In this document: in pieces, positions 11,211 to 26,137 of the stretch
Numbering within the stretch: the first letter of the stretch is position 1
Layout: the number at the start of each line of letters is the position of its first letter
Assembly (NCBI GenBank): GCA_051362555.1
Contig: CM120640.1
Span: 19,964,001-20,028,000 of the forward strand
Length of the DNA: 64,000 nt
Source of the DNA: Lingula anatina
Taxonomy: Eukaryota > Animalia > Brachiopoda
Reading direction: 5' to 3'
Translations under genes and position numbers: made by a program
The notes under the pieces: generated by a model
What the model saw: the letters and a program-made list of their open reading frames with translations, nothing else
Told to the model about the DNA's origin: nothing
The model's database searches: none

Positions 11211-13076
11211 AGTTGCAAAAAATTGCACTCTAGAAATTATCATTATGCTGACTTATTCTTATCTTGGAAAGAAAAAATAATTCCAGGAAAAACAATGCTT
11301 TGTCAGACTTTTTAGAAAAAAAAGGGATGAAAGTCAAATAGTTCTTAAATCAAAAAAAACTTTTACACATGATGTCACCTGCCCCACTGAATGGTGACTA
11401 TGAAAAGTTTCTAGTAGTAAAATATAGTTAAAGATGATGGAAAAATCATGTTGCTATGGGCACACATATTTGCTAACATATGCTCTGGTGGTTAAAGAAA
11501 AATCTGAAATGAAACACTTGGTGATTTTGTGCTTCAATAAGATGAGCTCTGAACCCAGGATGCCTGATTTTAAATTCTAAGTGATAATGGTGCAAAATAT
11601 CTGTGACTCAGTTTTCAAAGTAACAACCAGAACTTCCTGTTTAAAGTGCTGACCTCTATCAGCACAATTGTTCCCTTGTAGAAATACTGCTATACTGAGT
11701 GGAAAAAAAAACTCACTGAGACAGGATTTTTTTTACATTTGACAACAGACTGAGTACTTCAGAACCAGACCTTGTGTTAGCTCCAATCAACTTTTCTCCA
11801 AATTAAAAGGTCAGAGAATATATGCCCTACATTGTTTTTATCCAAAACATAAGTTTAACAGACCACGCCATAATTGTTTCAATAGCACTGCAGCCAAATT
11901 AGTCACTTGTGGAGGCAAAATACCCCCAGAGTTTACAAGTGCCCAAACCTCCTAATTTAGCAGTCAGTTAATGACTGCAGACGAGCTGAAAGTCCCACTA
12001 ACATAAACCACCCTCAGGCGGACATGGGGTTACAAGTGTTTTGGAATGGAAGCAAATTTTTCCCAATCAGAACTGATGGTAAAAAAAATACACATCCTGG
12101 TAAAGCCTGGAGCGCCTTTAGGTCGAACATAGGGACCAGATCAAAATTCAGTCAAGAAATACATAAATGACAGGCCTGTATTGAGAAAAAAATAAGAGAC
12201 TGGTTCTGATTATATTTCAAGGAATCTTTAAAAAAAAATTTAGGTCTGCAGACCAAATACCATGGAATGACCCTTCACTAATTCATATACCTCTTCTAAT
12301 TCTTGAGATATATTTACACAAAATGAAGTTGTATAATTTCTTTATTTTCATCATATTCCTGAAAATATTCCTGTAATACAAACTATTTATTTAAGCATGA
12401 ATACTTTAAAATAAAGTGTATCAAATTTAAAAAAAAGTCTAAGGCATATGTATAATTCAACACTCCATTCACTATTTCACATGGTCCCTGTAACCATGAA
12501 CTTTTTTTCTGCAAAGTAAACTAAGGCAAGCATGAAATTTAAATTGCACATTAACAAGGAGGAAATAACCAATATGAAAGAGCAAACTTATTTAGAAACT
12601 GGTAAATGAGCAAAAATGTTCATTAGCTGGGGTAGTTTAAGCACAACATAATTAATTTATTAAACATAAGCTAATGCTTTTGGTCAACATGGTCAGAGGC
12701 CTTGATCAGACTGATGTGAGATGTAATCACTCACTGACTGCTAAGTGGTACAGCGACCAGGTCACTGTTTTAAATTTAATGTCTGGTACGCATGGCCTCT
12801 GACCATTTTAGCTGTAAATTAAGAATGGTTGAAAAAATTAGCTTGTGTTCAATAACGTTATTATAGTGTTATCTCAACCCCTTTCACTCACAGAAAGAAG
12901 GACAGAATTTTTTTATCAATCTTTAATGCTTCACAGTCAAACAAATATACTATTTGGGTAGAAAACATACAAAATTCTAATTAACTAATTTTCATGTGTG
13001 AAATAATAGCAAAAGAATGGTAAAAAAACAAGCTACAGGTATTGTGCGTGGAAGAAGTCTACAAGCATTTACTCAC

Positions 13077-13244
13077 TTGGCCAACTTCCCCCGTTTCCGG
13101 TGAAGCCGCTCTCTTTATAACACTGCCAGCGTCACTGCTGCCCTCTGCATGTCCGAGGCTGATGCCATGGGTGATATTGCTGGTTGCTATAGTCATTGGC
13201 ATGTTGTTTTCTATGGCAACTGGCTCCATGGTGTTGAATTTCAT
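13077..13244 (-). CDS. Probable first coding exon (56 codons) of an unidentified gene continuing leftwards
   Basis: Exon 13295-13077 is bounded by the acceptor TTTCTACCCATCAG and a consensus donor CAA|GTGAGT. An in-frame TAG lies upstream of the ATG at 13244. GC content is higher than the flanks. Peptide: MKFNTMEPVAIENNMPMTIATSNITHGISLGHAEGSSDAGSVIKRAASPETGEVGQ. No downstream exon was identified in the window. Confidence 0.6.
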
Positions 13245-14299
13245 TTGCTCACTTGGCTTCTAGGCTAGTCTGTCTGAGAGTTAACTCTCATGTTGCTGAT
13301 GGGTAGAAATTGAATTAAAAATTTAATTCATTTTGAATATATTCAGAAATTCTCACATGAAAAAAGGCATAGCATTTTCAATTTCTGTAAAAAAAAAAAA
13401 AATTAAACCAAATCAAAACATACTAGAATGAAAGCATACATGTAATGCATCAATTTTCCCAGAGAGTTTTAGCCTGCTGAATGTGTTAGATGTGATGACT
13501 GAATGTGAAATATCTCACTTAACACAATTTACTGCTAGTAGTGACAACCTTCAACACTCATCATGTTGCAACATATCAAATTTTGTCTACCAGTTTGATG
13601 ATATACATTTAATGTTAAACATACCTTTAATATTTTACACGGGCAGGGCTTCTTATTGTCTTAAATGTGTCTTTAAAATTATAACATTACAGGCAAAAAT
13701 TTATCAAAAATAGGCTAGATATTTTGTCCTTTCCTTTCACAATAATCATCTAAAATCAAGGTAACACTAAACATATGCAGACCACCTGTCAAGTTTATTT
13801 TACATCTTTAGTGAGCTGGCAATTTAAAAAATCCATACTCTGATACAATCTCAAGAAATTATCATATCCATAACCACAAACATCCTGCTTTGCAGACATA
13901 CAAGCAACATTCATCATCATGCAATCTTGGGTTATTTTTGAAAAACTGTCTTGACAGCAATGTTTTAGAGGAAAAGAAATTCTTAAGAAAAAAGTCAGAC
14001 TAGTCAGTTAGATAAAACAATAATAAGAGCAAATAGGAAGTTTCCCTGAATTGACTTTTCCTGCAATTTTTTACAGTAATAAGTGTTAAAATGAGGTTTA
14101 CTTTCTAACAGTTCATTCATGTTTGTGGGATTTTCCCTGTCTCTGTAACTTCAAATTTTTCAACTCTACATTGCATGACAACTGCAATAATGCTCAAGTC
14201 ACTAGCTGGATGTTATAGAAGCTGTTTCTAAGAGTGAAGAATCATCGCCAACTATTAATTGATAGTAAACTAAAATATCAACAAGGCAGCAAAGCTGTC

Positions 14300-15115
14300 A
14301 AATGTACACACAAAAAGCAGGAAATAACAAAATAGGCTACTGTCAATTCTGATGCAAAAGTACATTATGTTAAACTGCAAATTCAACATCAAATTTTAAT
14401 TATGCTCAACAGGTAATACCAATGTAAGTAAAATGTGAAACAAGTATAAGGCTTAAGGCCCATGGGAGTTCAAGTTCACACTTTGAAAATGTAAAACTTC
14501 CAGAAAAAGAAGTCAATTAGACTGCTTTTCCAACTCAGGCTGCATTTTAGTCCTGTATTTCTTTTTTGAAAGTTTGGCAATCATTAGTAACATGGTTTTC
14601 CCATAATGGTCATCATGGCAGCAGCACCCAAAATTGTGTTTTCTTCTATTCTGATGCAATATTACATAATGGTTAACAGCATAATGACAATCAATTTTTA
14701 ATAACAAAATATATGTATCATGGATTTTCAGAAAATGTGACTAGCCTGGGTTTTCAAGCCTGTGGAACTTCAAAGTCACATCTTGAAAATGCCAATATGT
14801 GAAAAATTAAATTTTCACAAAAAAAAACTGTTTAACTGGCAGATTGCATTGCCTACTGAAGCTGTATTTTAGTCCCATGTTTCTTTCCTGTAAGCACAGT
14901 AAGTGACATGGTTTTTCTTAAAAGGTAATCATGGGAGCAGTGCCCAAAATAGGTTTTTTTCAAATTTTGATGCAATATTACATAATGTTTAACAGCATAA
15001 TGACCATCAATTTTTAATAATAAAATATTAGTATCATGGATATTCAGAAAATGTGACTAGCAAAGGTCTTCAGGCCCATGGAACTTCAAAGTCACAACTT
15101 GAAAATGCCAAAATG
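14300..15115. repeat. Repeat block homologous to the CACTA-internal segment 2395-3590
   Basis: Same motifs in the same order; two internal units (CATGGTTTT.. at ~14591 and ~14907). Confidence 0.85.
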
Positions 15116-15489
15116 TAAACAAGACAGCACTGTTCTGAAATGTTTTTTTCCCCATTTTTAACAATTTTTAACATAAAATAAAATTAACAGTTTACTGCCA
15201 TTTTTATATGATCAACTAAGAAAATTGATGAGATGAGAAAAATATCAATAGAGCAGTGTTAAATGTCCAATTTCTTCCATTCTGAGATTCTGAACATAGT
15301 GAATGATTGAATCTGACAAACTGCAATGAGTTTATTTCCATTTTTGAAACTTTATTACACAATACACGATAACATATTTACCATCATTTTTACAAAATCA
15401 ACTAACAATGTTGTAAAGATGCAGGAAATGTCAAACAAACACTTTTACGTATCTTATTAGTTTAATAATGAGACTGTTAACATGCCTAA

Positions 15490-16227
15490 AAACTGAATCT
15501 GAGGAAATGTGAAAAAACAGCATACCTTCAAAAATAATGGCCCGATTATGCTGATTTACGAACTCAACCTGCATTTTAGTAAAATTGACCACTCCTGTGA
15601 CTTTCATGACAATTGGCCCATCTGTTTTTCTTATATTGTGTTTACAGTGTTGCATATATGCTAAAAAGTGTAAGAAACAGCATAACTAGTAAAATAGTGG
15701 CCCGATCATGCCGATTTTTGAACTTGACCTGCGTTTTAGTAAGATTGATAACTCCTGTGAGTTTCATGACAACAGGTCTATCGGTTTTCCTTGAAATGTG
15801 TTAACAGTGTTGCATATATGCTGAAAAGTGAAAAAACAGCATAAATACTAAAATAGTGGCCCGATCATGCCGATTTTCGAACTTGATCTGCGTTTTAGTA
15901 AGACTGATTACTCCTGTGAGTTTCATGACAACAGCCCTATCGGTTTTCCTTGAAATGTGTTAACAGTGTTGCATATATGCTAAAAAGTGAAAAAACAGCA
16001 TAAATTCTACAATAATGGCCCGATCATGCTGATTTTCGAACTTGACCTGCGTTTTATGAATATTAGTCAGCTCTGTAAATATAAAGCCAAAAAGTAAAAC
16101 TGTCTTCCACTTATGGTGTTAACGCTGAAAGTGCACGGCGACAGCGACATGATCGGCGACGGCGACGGCGACGACAGACGCAGGTGATGGCAATATGTAC
16201 AGACACATCTGTGTCTGTACATAAAAA
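15490..16227 (-). mobile_element. Second Helentron/HINE family: 5' end plus ~3.5 copies of a 159-160-bp tandem repeat
   Basis: Terminal hairpin TATGTACAGACAC-ATCT-GTGTCTGTACATA (16194-16223) next to an A-run; (GGCGAC)n microsatellite; TGGCCCGAT recurs at 15538, 15698, 15857 and 16016. The 3' end was not located. Confidence 0.7.
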
Positions 16228-17032
16228 GGTGGGGTAGTTTGGGATAGACTAGAAACAAATTTTACAACTTGAAAATACTTCATGTCTCAAAGGTAGTACC
16301 CACAATAACTTTGCTTCTCTAGCCACAAGGAAGTATTTCCTGAAAAAAAATTACAGGAAAAAAAAAACATTGCAGGATTCGAACAATTGGGCCTATGAGA
16401 GAGACAACTGGACTATCAAGCACATAACACAACACCTAATAACAAAGGGTAGGTCCCAACAGTGGATGAACATCCAAAGTAAATTCTTACAGTAAACCGA
16501 ATTGTGCTTGTTTTTCCTATCCCAATCACATAATAAAGAAAAAGCAGTACTTTTGATGGCTGTCAGAACCGTAGATCTAACAGGAAGTATTTCTTCAACC
16601 TAATTACTACATGACTTTTTGGCATTTTTTTCTTTAGACATCATGTTCACATTCATTTTGCCACAACATTTCACAAATAAGTTGACATTTCTTCAATATG
16701 TTACAAAAGCATATCTCACACAAGCTTTGAGCTCTTTTCAATAAAGCAATTTGAGCAATAACAGCATGGCAAAAATAGTACATGTACTGAGAGGTCATTT
16801 TAATTATAAAACAATATTTCCCTTGACTTATTATGCCAAAGATCTAACAAAGTAAAAGGATATTAACCATAGTTTTGGATTAAAAAAAATCCCACATATG
16901 AAAAATCAATCCTGTAAAAGGTTGGAAAGAAAAATATATAAACATAAACCATTTAACTACTGGATGAAAGTATATATATATAATCTCTCTCTCTGTCATA
17001 CATAATTTAAGATCATAATGTGCTAGTGAAGC

Positions 17033-17035
<3 letters not shown>

Positions 17036-17088
<53 letters not shown>
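17036..17088. repeat. Compound (GT)n(AT)n microsatellite
   Basis: Direct reading. Confidence 0.95.
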
Positions 17089-17089
<1 letters not shown>

Positions 17090-19782
17090 TGGGATGTGGT
17101 TTTATAGATTTTAAAATATAAAAGTTATGAAACACTGGAATGTTCAGTACCCTTTTCCCTAATGTGTTTGTGGTGATTGAAAACAGACTTGAATCAGAAG
17201 TAAGGTAGCTACAGTATTATTTATATATTGTTCGAAATAGCTCAGTTATGCCAGACAAAATTGGCATTTCACCTCAATAATAGGTATGGGATATCAATGT
17301 ATTTCACTGTTCACAATCTCTTGAGGTTTTCTGACCAATGATCAACTTGCATTACTGTAGGGATCAGCATAACTTCTGCACTTTGAAGTTGTTATCAAGT
17401 GAATGCAACATTACACAAACCCCTGATCATATCTAACCAAAGTCATAAGTAAATTTACAACAGAAGTTTAAAAAGTTGTGATAGTTTCAACAAATATCAC
17501 CCCACGATGATCATAATAGACAGACAGTGACTGTATACATTCAAAATCTAAATAACATATTTTCCATAATCTTAAATATTCCCAAGTCTCCTGCTACCCC
17601 ATAAGCTCAAAATCAGTCCTATAAACTATACTCCTCACAGGGGCAGTATTGTCAGTCATCATCTTCACTCTTTTTTCAATTTGTCCATTAAGGATGACTT
17701 CCGCATCATTCAACAATATCACAATTCCCATTATATATTTTATTACATATTCTGAACAGTCTTAAACAAAATCAACCCATTTTCTCATGTACCTTAAACT
17801 TTTCAGCATTTTGCCAGGCAACAATATTGATTGCTTATGACTTACTAGATTGTAAATTTGTATGGTCTATTGAAAACAAGCAACCTTTGGATTTAATTAG
17901 CACAGGCAGAGAAGTAATGGTACTGTTGAGGAGGATTCCAGGCCAGAGGACTTTTTTCTGCCTCATTTAAAGTCACTCATGAGATGGTTTATTGCCCTTG
18001 AAACTAGAGGTTAGCTCACAGGGAAGTACTAATGGTTTTGATTCTATTCTGGCTAGAATTATGTCCATACATCAGTAACCCTTTATGTCTGACATTTTTT
18101 TGTTTATACTATCACTTAGAGTCTATAAAATTCTTCAATTGCCATATGGACAAGTTCACAGAGATGTCAACCACTGAGCAAATAAAAAATACCTTAAAGC
18201 AGTACTTTATTGAATTGATTTAGCATTATACTACCTATCATAATATAATAAGTTTTAGTTTAAGGTCAGTATATAAGTTTTAGTTTAAAATGTAAGGAGA
18301 ATTGTACTTAAGGATTCACAAAGTTGACTGAATGTTTAAAAGGCAAAGAAAATTCTGATTATCTTACCATGAAATATTTTATGATCATTTTTAATTTCTA
18401 GATAAATTTTTTCATTCATTCATTCATTCATTCACTCATTTACTAATTATGAAAGATATTGTCAAATGAAGAAACATTAATCAAACCATCAAAATATGAA
18501 TTTCAAAATGATAGCCACATATTTTGAACTTTCATTGGCATCAATATCACAATTTTCTGTTTTTCGCTGTTTTTGTCATTTGTTTTTATGTTCTATTATA
18601 TGCCATTTGATATTCTCTACTAAAATGGATTTGCCACCATACAAAACTATAAACAATGCATTTACAACTTAAGTGAGGCATTCTCTGTACATTTTAAATC
18701 AGAAGTTTGTCACTCTGTTAATACACACTGATTAACAAGCCAGGTTCAGCTTACATATTTACAGAAAACCAGTAAAAGTGTAAACATGGAAGAGTGAAAA
18801 CAGCAATATACATATTTTGGGCCTTGACACCCGGCACCATAAAGCGAAATATACTGAAAGAAATACTGAATCAAAAACATTAATAAATATATGGAAGTAT
18901 TAAAGTAGTAAGGTTCGCAGCTCTACATCCATTACTGTTACCCCCCCCCCCCCCCCAATATGTCATCTACTAGTAATTCCTTTTTTTAACACAATTATTA
19001 CAGTTCAATAATTCTACAAGAATTTTATCTGACCTATGACTAAGATTTATAGATTGCACTTATTAATTTCCCATTAGCAAATGATTAGCCAAACTTGATG
19101 AAGGGGGGAGGGGGGGACCCTACATATTTCTTCATAATAGAACAATTGTATACAATATACTAAAGTCCCTATTTTTCCAGCAAATTCCTTTTTTATGTTT
19201 TTTAAATAATGCATCAGCGCAGTTTTAATCAAGACTGTTTTAAAACTAACTCAGGAAGAGGACCCCTTGTCTACGCCCACAAACTATATAATCCCTGAAC
19301 AAAGTAGTCTGCTCCATGTATGGGTCGGAGGGGAACAATGGCAGATAATGTTTAACTGTTATCAAACTTTTTCTCCAAAATTAGTATAAGAAGAGTTTTA
19401 ACATTCAACATTTGAAGCACCCTCATAAATCACTCTTACAGTAAAACCATTGTTTTTAAAACTAATTTTAAGTATCTGAAACTCGGTTCAGACATAAACA
19501 GTTGCCACACTGCACCTATGGGTCAAAACTGATAGTCACATCAACTGTTACAGGCCCCATTCACATTAAGTGGTATAATGTCAGTGATACAAACTGCGCA
19601 GGTACATTTTGAGATATTTGCAACTTTTAATAGCCTTTGAGACATTTACAACTTTTAAGTTATTAAGATACTATGTCAGAGAGTCACCTAAACAGGAGCC
19701 TCCATGCTGGACAATTTTAGGCCCCTGTCTTGTTTCCTATGTTCTCATGTAATCACCAGTTTTACTACTATATTTTATTTTA

Positions 19783-19835
19783 CCATGGGGTTGGATCAAT
19801 TTATGTAGTCCAATAGTTTCATTGGAAATGAGCCC
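19783..19835. mobile_element. One-ended fragment of Harbinger MITE family B
   Basis: CCATGGGGTTGGATCAATTTATGTAGTCCAATAGTTTCATTGGAAATGAGCCC resembles the right ends of the copies at 27819-28075 and 35232-35454. Confidence 0.6.
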
Positions 19836-21904
19836 TTAGCCACCTGATAACCAGTTTTTTTTTTTTACAGCCAATTGGGCAATAGTGAAGACTTGAGTTT
19901 AGAACTTTGAAATCCAGGGTACTTGTCTCTGATAAAAGATCAACTTAACTAAGAAAACTATGAGTCAAACTTCAAATTCCACTCTGAGTAGTTGACAGTT
20001 CAAACAAAATAGAAATGTTTCAAGATATCTGGACTTTATACAGAGGCTGTTAATCTGATGGTGACACCAGAAAAACAGTAAATCATTTTGAAAGTCATTG
20101 TTTCATAAAATTTGAGTATATCCTGATAAGTTAATTAAAATTCTAAAACAAATAACTTAATCGTATTGGAGATTTTTGGACCAAGTTCAGCTTAAACTAC
20201 CTTTCAGACGTCAAATTGAAAATTTCTAAGCTGAATCTTAATCCAGGCCAAATTGTAGAAATAAGACCGAGATATAATATTTATAAATTTTACAAATAGT
20301 TCTCTGTGATATAGCGCAATACTAGAACAGCTGACTGTGTTCATTTTCAAATGAATAATCTAAATGAAGCAAAACTGAGTAATATTGTCCATTTCAGTCA
20401 GTCAAATGTTCTTTAAATTTAACTTTACAAAGAAGTTTTTGTTACATATTATGTGTATGTTCATTCATTAACACGTCCCTCAGCCTTATTCTTTATAGAA
20501 TCCATGTTTTCATATAAAATTCCTCATGACCTGAAGACAAAAAGGTTGAAATTGTGTGGAATTGTCACTGTCTATAACAGGCAAAATACTTTTTACCTTT
20601 CTCGCCCCCCCCCCCTTTTTTTTTTGGGCCCTCTCTCCCAAACCAACCCCCTCCCTTCTTATCATTAACTTTAGAAAAACATTCTTTATGTTCAACTTAT
20701 TAGGGTGAGAAAAAGAAAGGAGTACATGATCAATCTATCCATGATCTCCTGATGTCCTTGATATTGTAAAATAGGTGTTCTATATTGATTTACTAGTATA
20801 CACACACACACACAAAAAAAAAAAAATCACTTCCACTTCTTCCCACCTGCCTCTACTTATTAGCACTTTCTCTATAAAATCTACCTGCAGTTGTTAAGGT
20901 CAGGCCCAGTCAAGAGGTTCACTTCAATTAGGAGATTTCCAAACTAGCACAGGGGTGAGAGCCTACATCAAAAAGAAGCATGTCTTGTTATTAAAAACTA
21001 GTACATGACATGAAACATTCAAACTTCATCTGTAGTCATAAAAAAAAAAAACTTGGGAGATTGGAGATCACACATGGAGACTTAATAATGGCAACTGAGG
21101 GTAAGGACTTAATCTATCAAATGGAATGACTTTAAAATGTTATTGTTTCATACAGTAATCACCTATATCACCTTTTTTCTCATCACAGCCTCTTTAAACC
21201 TAGGCCCATATCCCCCAATACCACCACGCTATGTACTGATGGATTCTATACCTTGTTTATTCATGGAATCCCCGTGTTCTGAACACAAAGTGCTCATAAT
21301 AGTAAGTTAAAGGCAGTTTCCTAGAACAAAACTATTGGATTATATACTTTTAATACTTTAAAACAAGCCTAGGGTTCAAGGCCTGCAGGAACTGCTCATC
21401 TGCAAAAATTCAGATACAGAAGCAAAGAAACAAGCAAATCTATGACAAAGACTTGCTTGGCTGTATTGCAGGTAATAAAAAATACATTTCAAAGACAACT
21501 ATAGAATGTCTTTAACAATGAGCCACATTTTTTTGTAGGCCAAATGGATGATATACTTGAAATTGAAAAGAACCTTAGCAATTAAAAGCTTACCGCCAAA
21601 AGATAATGACTGAATTACCCTTTTCCTAATTACCAGTGCAACCACATGAGCTGAAATAAGCAAAGAGCTCTGTTGGACTATGAACCTGTGAAAGTGATTA
21701 AACATTATCAGTATAGATCTAATTTTACTCTAAATGGTATCCTGATCAACTGAAGCTAACATTTTGTTCTGCAGGATCCCCACTTACATATTTCCCATTT
21801 GCCAAAGACAGCATCTTAACCTTACACACAAGCACACCTCGGTGCATATCTATACACCAATAATAAATAATTGAAGAAAAGAGAAAATTTATCAGAATGA
21901 TTTT

Positions 21905-21908
<4 letters not shown>

Positions 21909-21954
<46 letters not shown>
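21909..21954. repeat. (TA)n microsatellite
   Basis: Direct reading. Confidence 0.95.
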
Positions 21955-21958
<4 letters not shown>

Positions 21959-24900
21959 CCTAATGCTTAATCCATTCATTCAACTTTGCAGTGTTAACTT
22001 TGCTTGAGTGGTCCCTCAACCATTTCCATTATCCTTCTACCCACGATAACTAATCTGATGATCATCCATCTTTTGGTATATGAATCATGTGTAGAAATGA
22101 ATGAACTCAAACATTAATACGGATGTGTGGGAGCTCAGTGTATGAGACTTTATTTTACCAAGATTCTTCCAGAAATATCCAACAGAAACAGTCAAGAAAA
22201 ATGAAATTTTATTTAATTTCTTTTTTTCCCCTACTAGAACATAGAAGTAAAAGATGCATTGGAAGCGAACAGACATGTCAAACCAATGCCACTAAAACCA
22301 ACCTAATGCCATTATATAGGAAGCATTCAGAATAAAGCTATCATACCTGCAGGATCGATCTATCTCTGTGGGGCTTCTCGCTAAAGTGCTGTCAATGTTA
22401 TCAGCTAAATTGCCTGATGCACAAAAGTTAAATACCCTCTACCTCCCTACTTTATTTAAATTGTACATATCAGAAACTGGACATAGTGACTGACATGCTT
22501 TACAGGGAATGTACACTTGCTTCATATCAATCTTTAACACTAGATCAGAGACTACAAAACAACAGTTATATAACCCATTGTACTGTGTGGCAAATCTTTC
22601 CCCATGAATTGGAAGGATGTGTGTTCTAGATGGAAATGGTGAAGGTGCCCACCCTCAATCCTGACATAAAACAACAAGCCCTTCTGTAAAAAAAATTGCT
22701 TTCAGAAAGTTGACATGTTTCCACAAGTGGCTATCTAGTGTAATATCAAGAACTCAAATAGAGTTATACTGCAGAACAGATAATGATATAAACTTCATTT
22801 CCATATCATGCTACTGTTGTCTCTTTCAGCTGTCAGCATGCTGCCAGACTAAGCAGTGAAATAGCAATATTGAAACAACCCACTGAGAACCTGAAAATGT
22901 TATACTGGTGTTCTGAAAAAAAAAACTAATACAATCATTAAACATATCTGGAACCAGTCACACTTTTGTTCCTATTTATATTTTCCTCAACTTATGTCAA
23001 TTGACATCTTCATCAAGAACCAATTTCTAGACGTCAGGTCACCTTTAGGTTGGCCTAAAATGGCAATCAGCTGTTTTGAATGGTTTGACAAAACTTCCAA
23101 CAAGACACAAACACATACAAACCTATGAGGATACTTACAGAATATTGGTACACAATTCTGATCTTCAGAATGTTCTTCTTGCACTAATAGCTCTGGTCAA
23201 GTGGAATCTGACAATACAAATAAAAGAATCTATCAAGACCACATGAATCTCATTTCTGGTTGTTTTGTTTCAAGCTCAGAATCAAGTCACCCTGAGTTTC
23301 TTATACTACAGATAAACCTCAGCATGGTTCCAGTCAGGGTTACTACCAGTACTTGCTGGTAAGAGAAAAGTTTCTGGCAGACTCTGAAACTCAGGGCATA
23401 TGAAGTAAAACATTAATATATCTCATTTCCTTATGTGCATTCATCATTATAAAAAGAAAATGACCATGAATTGCAAAATGTTATTAAGTGTCATTTAGTG
23501 GTTTCGGAATGCTGTATCTTGCCAAACACTTCATGCTCTGATTTCAAACCTTTCAAAAAGGATTGCTCCAATGGAAATTACAAAATTGTAAAAATCTAAT
23601 CAGAAAAAAATCAACATGGAGAAAAAGAGTACCAATTGTAAGTATCTTCAGACGAGCATTCATATCAAAAACTTAACATGAAGCACTATCTAAAATACTC
23701 TTCTCAATACCATACATTGTGTAAATCTATAAAACAAAAACAGAAAAAATGCATGCATGCAAATACCAACTTGTTTATTTACTGCAAGCCTTTTTGCCTT
23801 TCACCTTTTGAAAATTTTGTACATTTTAAAATGAAAACAAAAAAAATTATCATTTTTTTTTTCAAATCAGGATACATTCTTCCTTCCCAATAAAGCCAAA
23901 AAAGGATAAGACTTTTATTACATTACAAAACACAGTGAGAAATTCCAGGAAAACATCAACTTGAGCAAGTCAGCTTATATCTTTCAAAAATCCACTGCAA
24001 ATTCTAAACAATCTCAGAAGACTACTGCCCCCTCACTTCCTACACACACACCTTTTACTACACAAAACACCTCGTAACTTCAAGTAAGCCAGGTGTATGG
24101 TTGTTTACTTGTAAGCCTCCAATGTCTGTCCTATAATTTAATATGATGATCACAGGTGTTTGGCCTCTTCTGTTAAGTGGTTCTCATCACCAGATACAGC
24201 AAAAGTATTAATATACATGCAGAAAAATGCTCTTCTCAAGTATGTATGATATATTTTCTGCCTGTATGTCTACCGTATATTACTTTTTCAGTGGTAATTG
24301 CTGTCATACTTAAAAAATCAGCCTGTACTTTTGAGTTAATCTTTTCTACAGAAGCAATTGCTTTTTATGATACATGCACATAACTTCTTTTTAAAAGTAA
24401 TTTTTAAAAAACTAAAAATACCACATGTTTGTACATTTGTTCCCATCTTACTGAATATCAATTTATCATAAGCAAACTTTCACTTTTCTCTAAATTTTCT
24501 TTTTAGCCATTCACAGGCATATTATTCTTTGGCACTGGCCTGGCTGTGTCCCTGAAACTATCAGGTTAAGCCAATCCTCTAAAACCATATTAAACATAAT
24601 GGCAAAATAATCATGCTTAAACCTAAACAAATTTGCAATCAACCAGAAAATGCTAGGCATGTGCTCTGCCAAGTAAATTTATTGCTGGCATATAAGTGAA
24701 AACAAACTCTTGTTGTCTTGCTTCTAAATTTTCATTTTGAAAAACTTCAACAACTTTCCTCAAAATGCCTGCAACTTTTTGGAAGCCAATAAAACCCCGT
24801 TTCCCCTAATCTACCATGTTTTCTGTCTTTCAATATTTAAAAAGTGAATTGGTGCCCCACCAGGCAAGTTGTTACCAATTAAGAACTGTATGATTAAAAC

Positions 24901-26123
24901 GTTCCAGATGTTCCAGGGCGGCTCATGCCATGACGTCAAGGACAGAGGAGAACAGTCAGGTTCCCAACATTGCTAGTGCCTCCCTAATCTCATCAGCTGC
25001 TCAGTTAATCAGCAAGGGTCAACAAAGTCAAGATTCACAAGCACCTTAACTTTTTCTGCCTCTCAGAACACCCATGTTCATCAAAATAAATGGGATATTG
25101 AACTAGTTCAGAACATGTTAAGACCAGCCAAGGTTCTGCCTCTTGGCCCAGATGTACACCTTTCTGGCAGCCATCTTGTAAACCTATCATGGCCGTCTAG
25201 AATTTCTGTTGTGATATTGGATCCAACTCCGGGTCTACCATGTGCTTTCCAGTCTGCCTAGCAACTGCACATGGTTCAGGCGCAACATACATTAACAGTC
25301 AATTAAAAGCCTTTTAGCAATCATTCTGATGCCAAAGAAAAAACTTTCTTTTGGTTTTCTTATATTGTCCCATTAATGATAAAAGCAGACACAAGAGGTA
25401 TGGATTTTAAGTCCTGAAAAGCCATCATTTTAAACAATTTTGAGATTTCCATTCAGTTAATTCCCCACTTAATACCTAACTGTAAACACCTTTTTCAATA
25501 TCCACATTTATCCCTACTAAACACTTCTGAACACATAATGGTAGTAAGAGCTGTTAATAAGACAATAACTTTGTACTTACTCTTTCCACTGACCCATCTG
25601 AAAGAAATATCCACCCTGACCTGTTGAACTAAAACAAAACTCAACAGGTACACATATACACCAGGTGCAGTCAAGAACCCTGTGTAAAATGCCACCCAAT
25701 CTTAACAAGTCACCACTGTGCTAGAATACAATTCATTAACACAGCTGACCTTAAAGAACAGTAGCCCTTACAATGGCGAGTTCCCCAACCCATTTTTCTA
25801 GACAACAGATTGAAGTTATTCCCCTGTGGTGAATCTAGCTCCACCAGTATTATGTTGCAGCCAAAAACCTACATCTCATCATAGTGGGCACTAAACTAAT
25901 TAATCAGTGCTCACTCTAGCCTTCCCCCATCTCACCTGGTCTAGCAGATAGACACCAGGATGTTTGTTGTTAGCAAGCACTGCTGCCCTTTCCCTGCTCC
26001 TATTTCACAACTTTGAAACACAATGCGCTCTGTCCCTGTGGGTTTCTCATTTGCTGCAGGTTCAACAGTCAACACTGCCGCAGTGATGATGAAGTGGCAC
26101 AGAAAGCACCTCCCTTAAAACTT

Positions 26124-26137
26124 GTTGCTATGGCAAC
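26124..26137. promoter_or_regulatory. RFX X-box motif GTTGCTATGGCAAC
   Basis: 13/14 match to the palindromic X-box GTTGCCATGGCAAC, in a GC-elevated block. A minus-strand donor CAG|GTGAGA lies ~190 bp downstream (25936/25935). Confidence 0.45.

Noticed and set aside
23139-23207. 69-nt minus-strand segment with acceptor and GTAAGT donor
   Set aside because: Stops in all three frames; it could be a 5'UTR exon but cannot be supported without transcripts.
24931-24938. Isolated CRE TGACGTCA
   Set aside because: A single 8-mer is expected by chance in 64 kb, and there is no supporting context.
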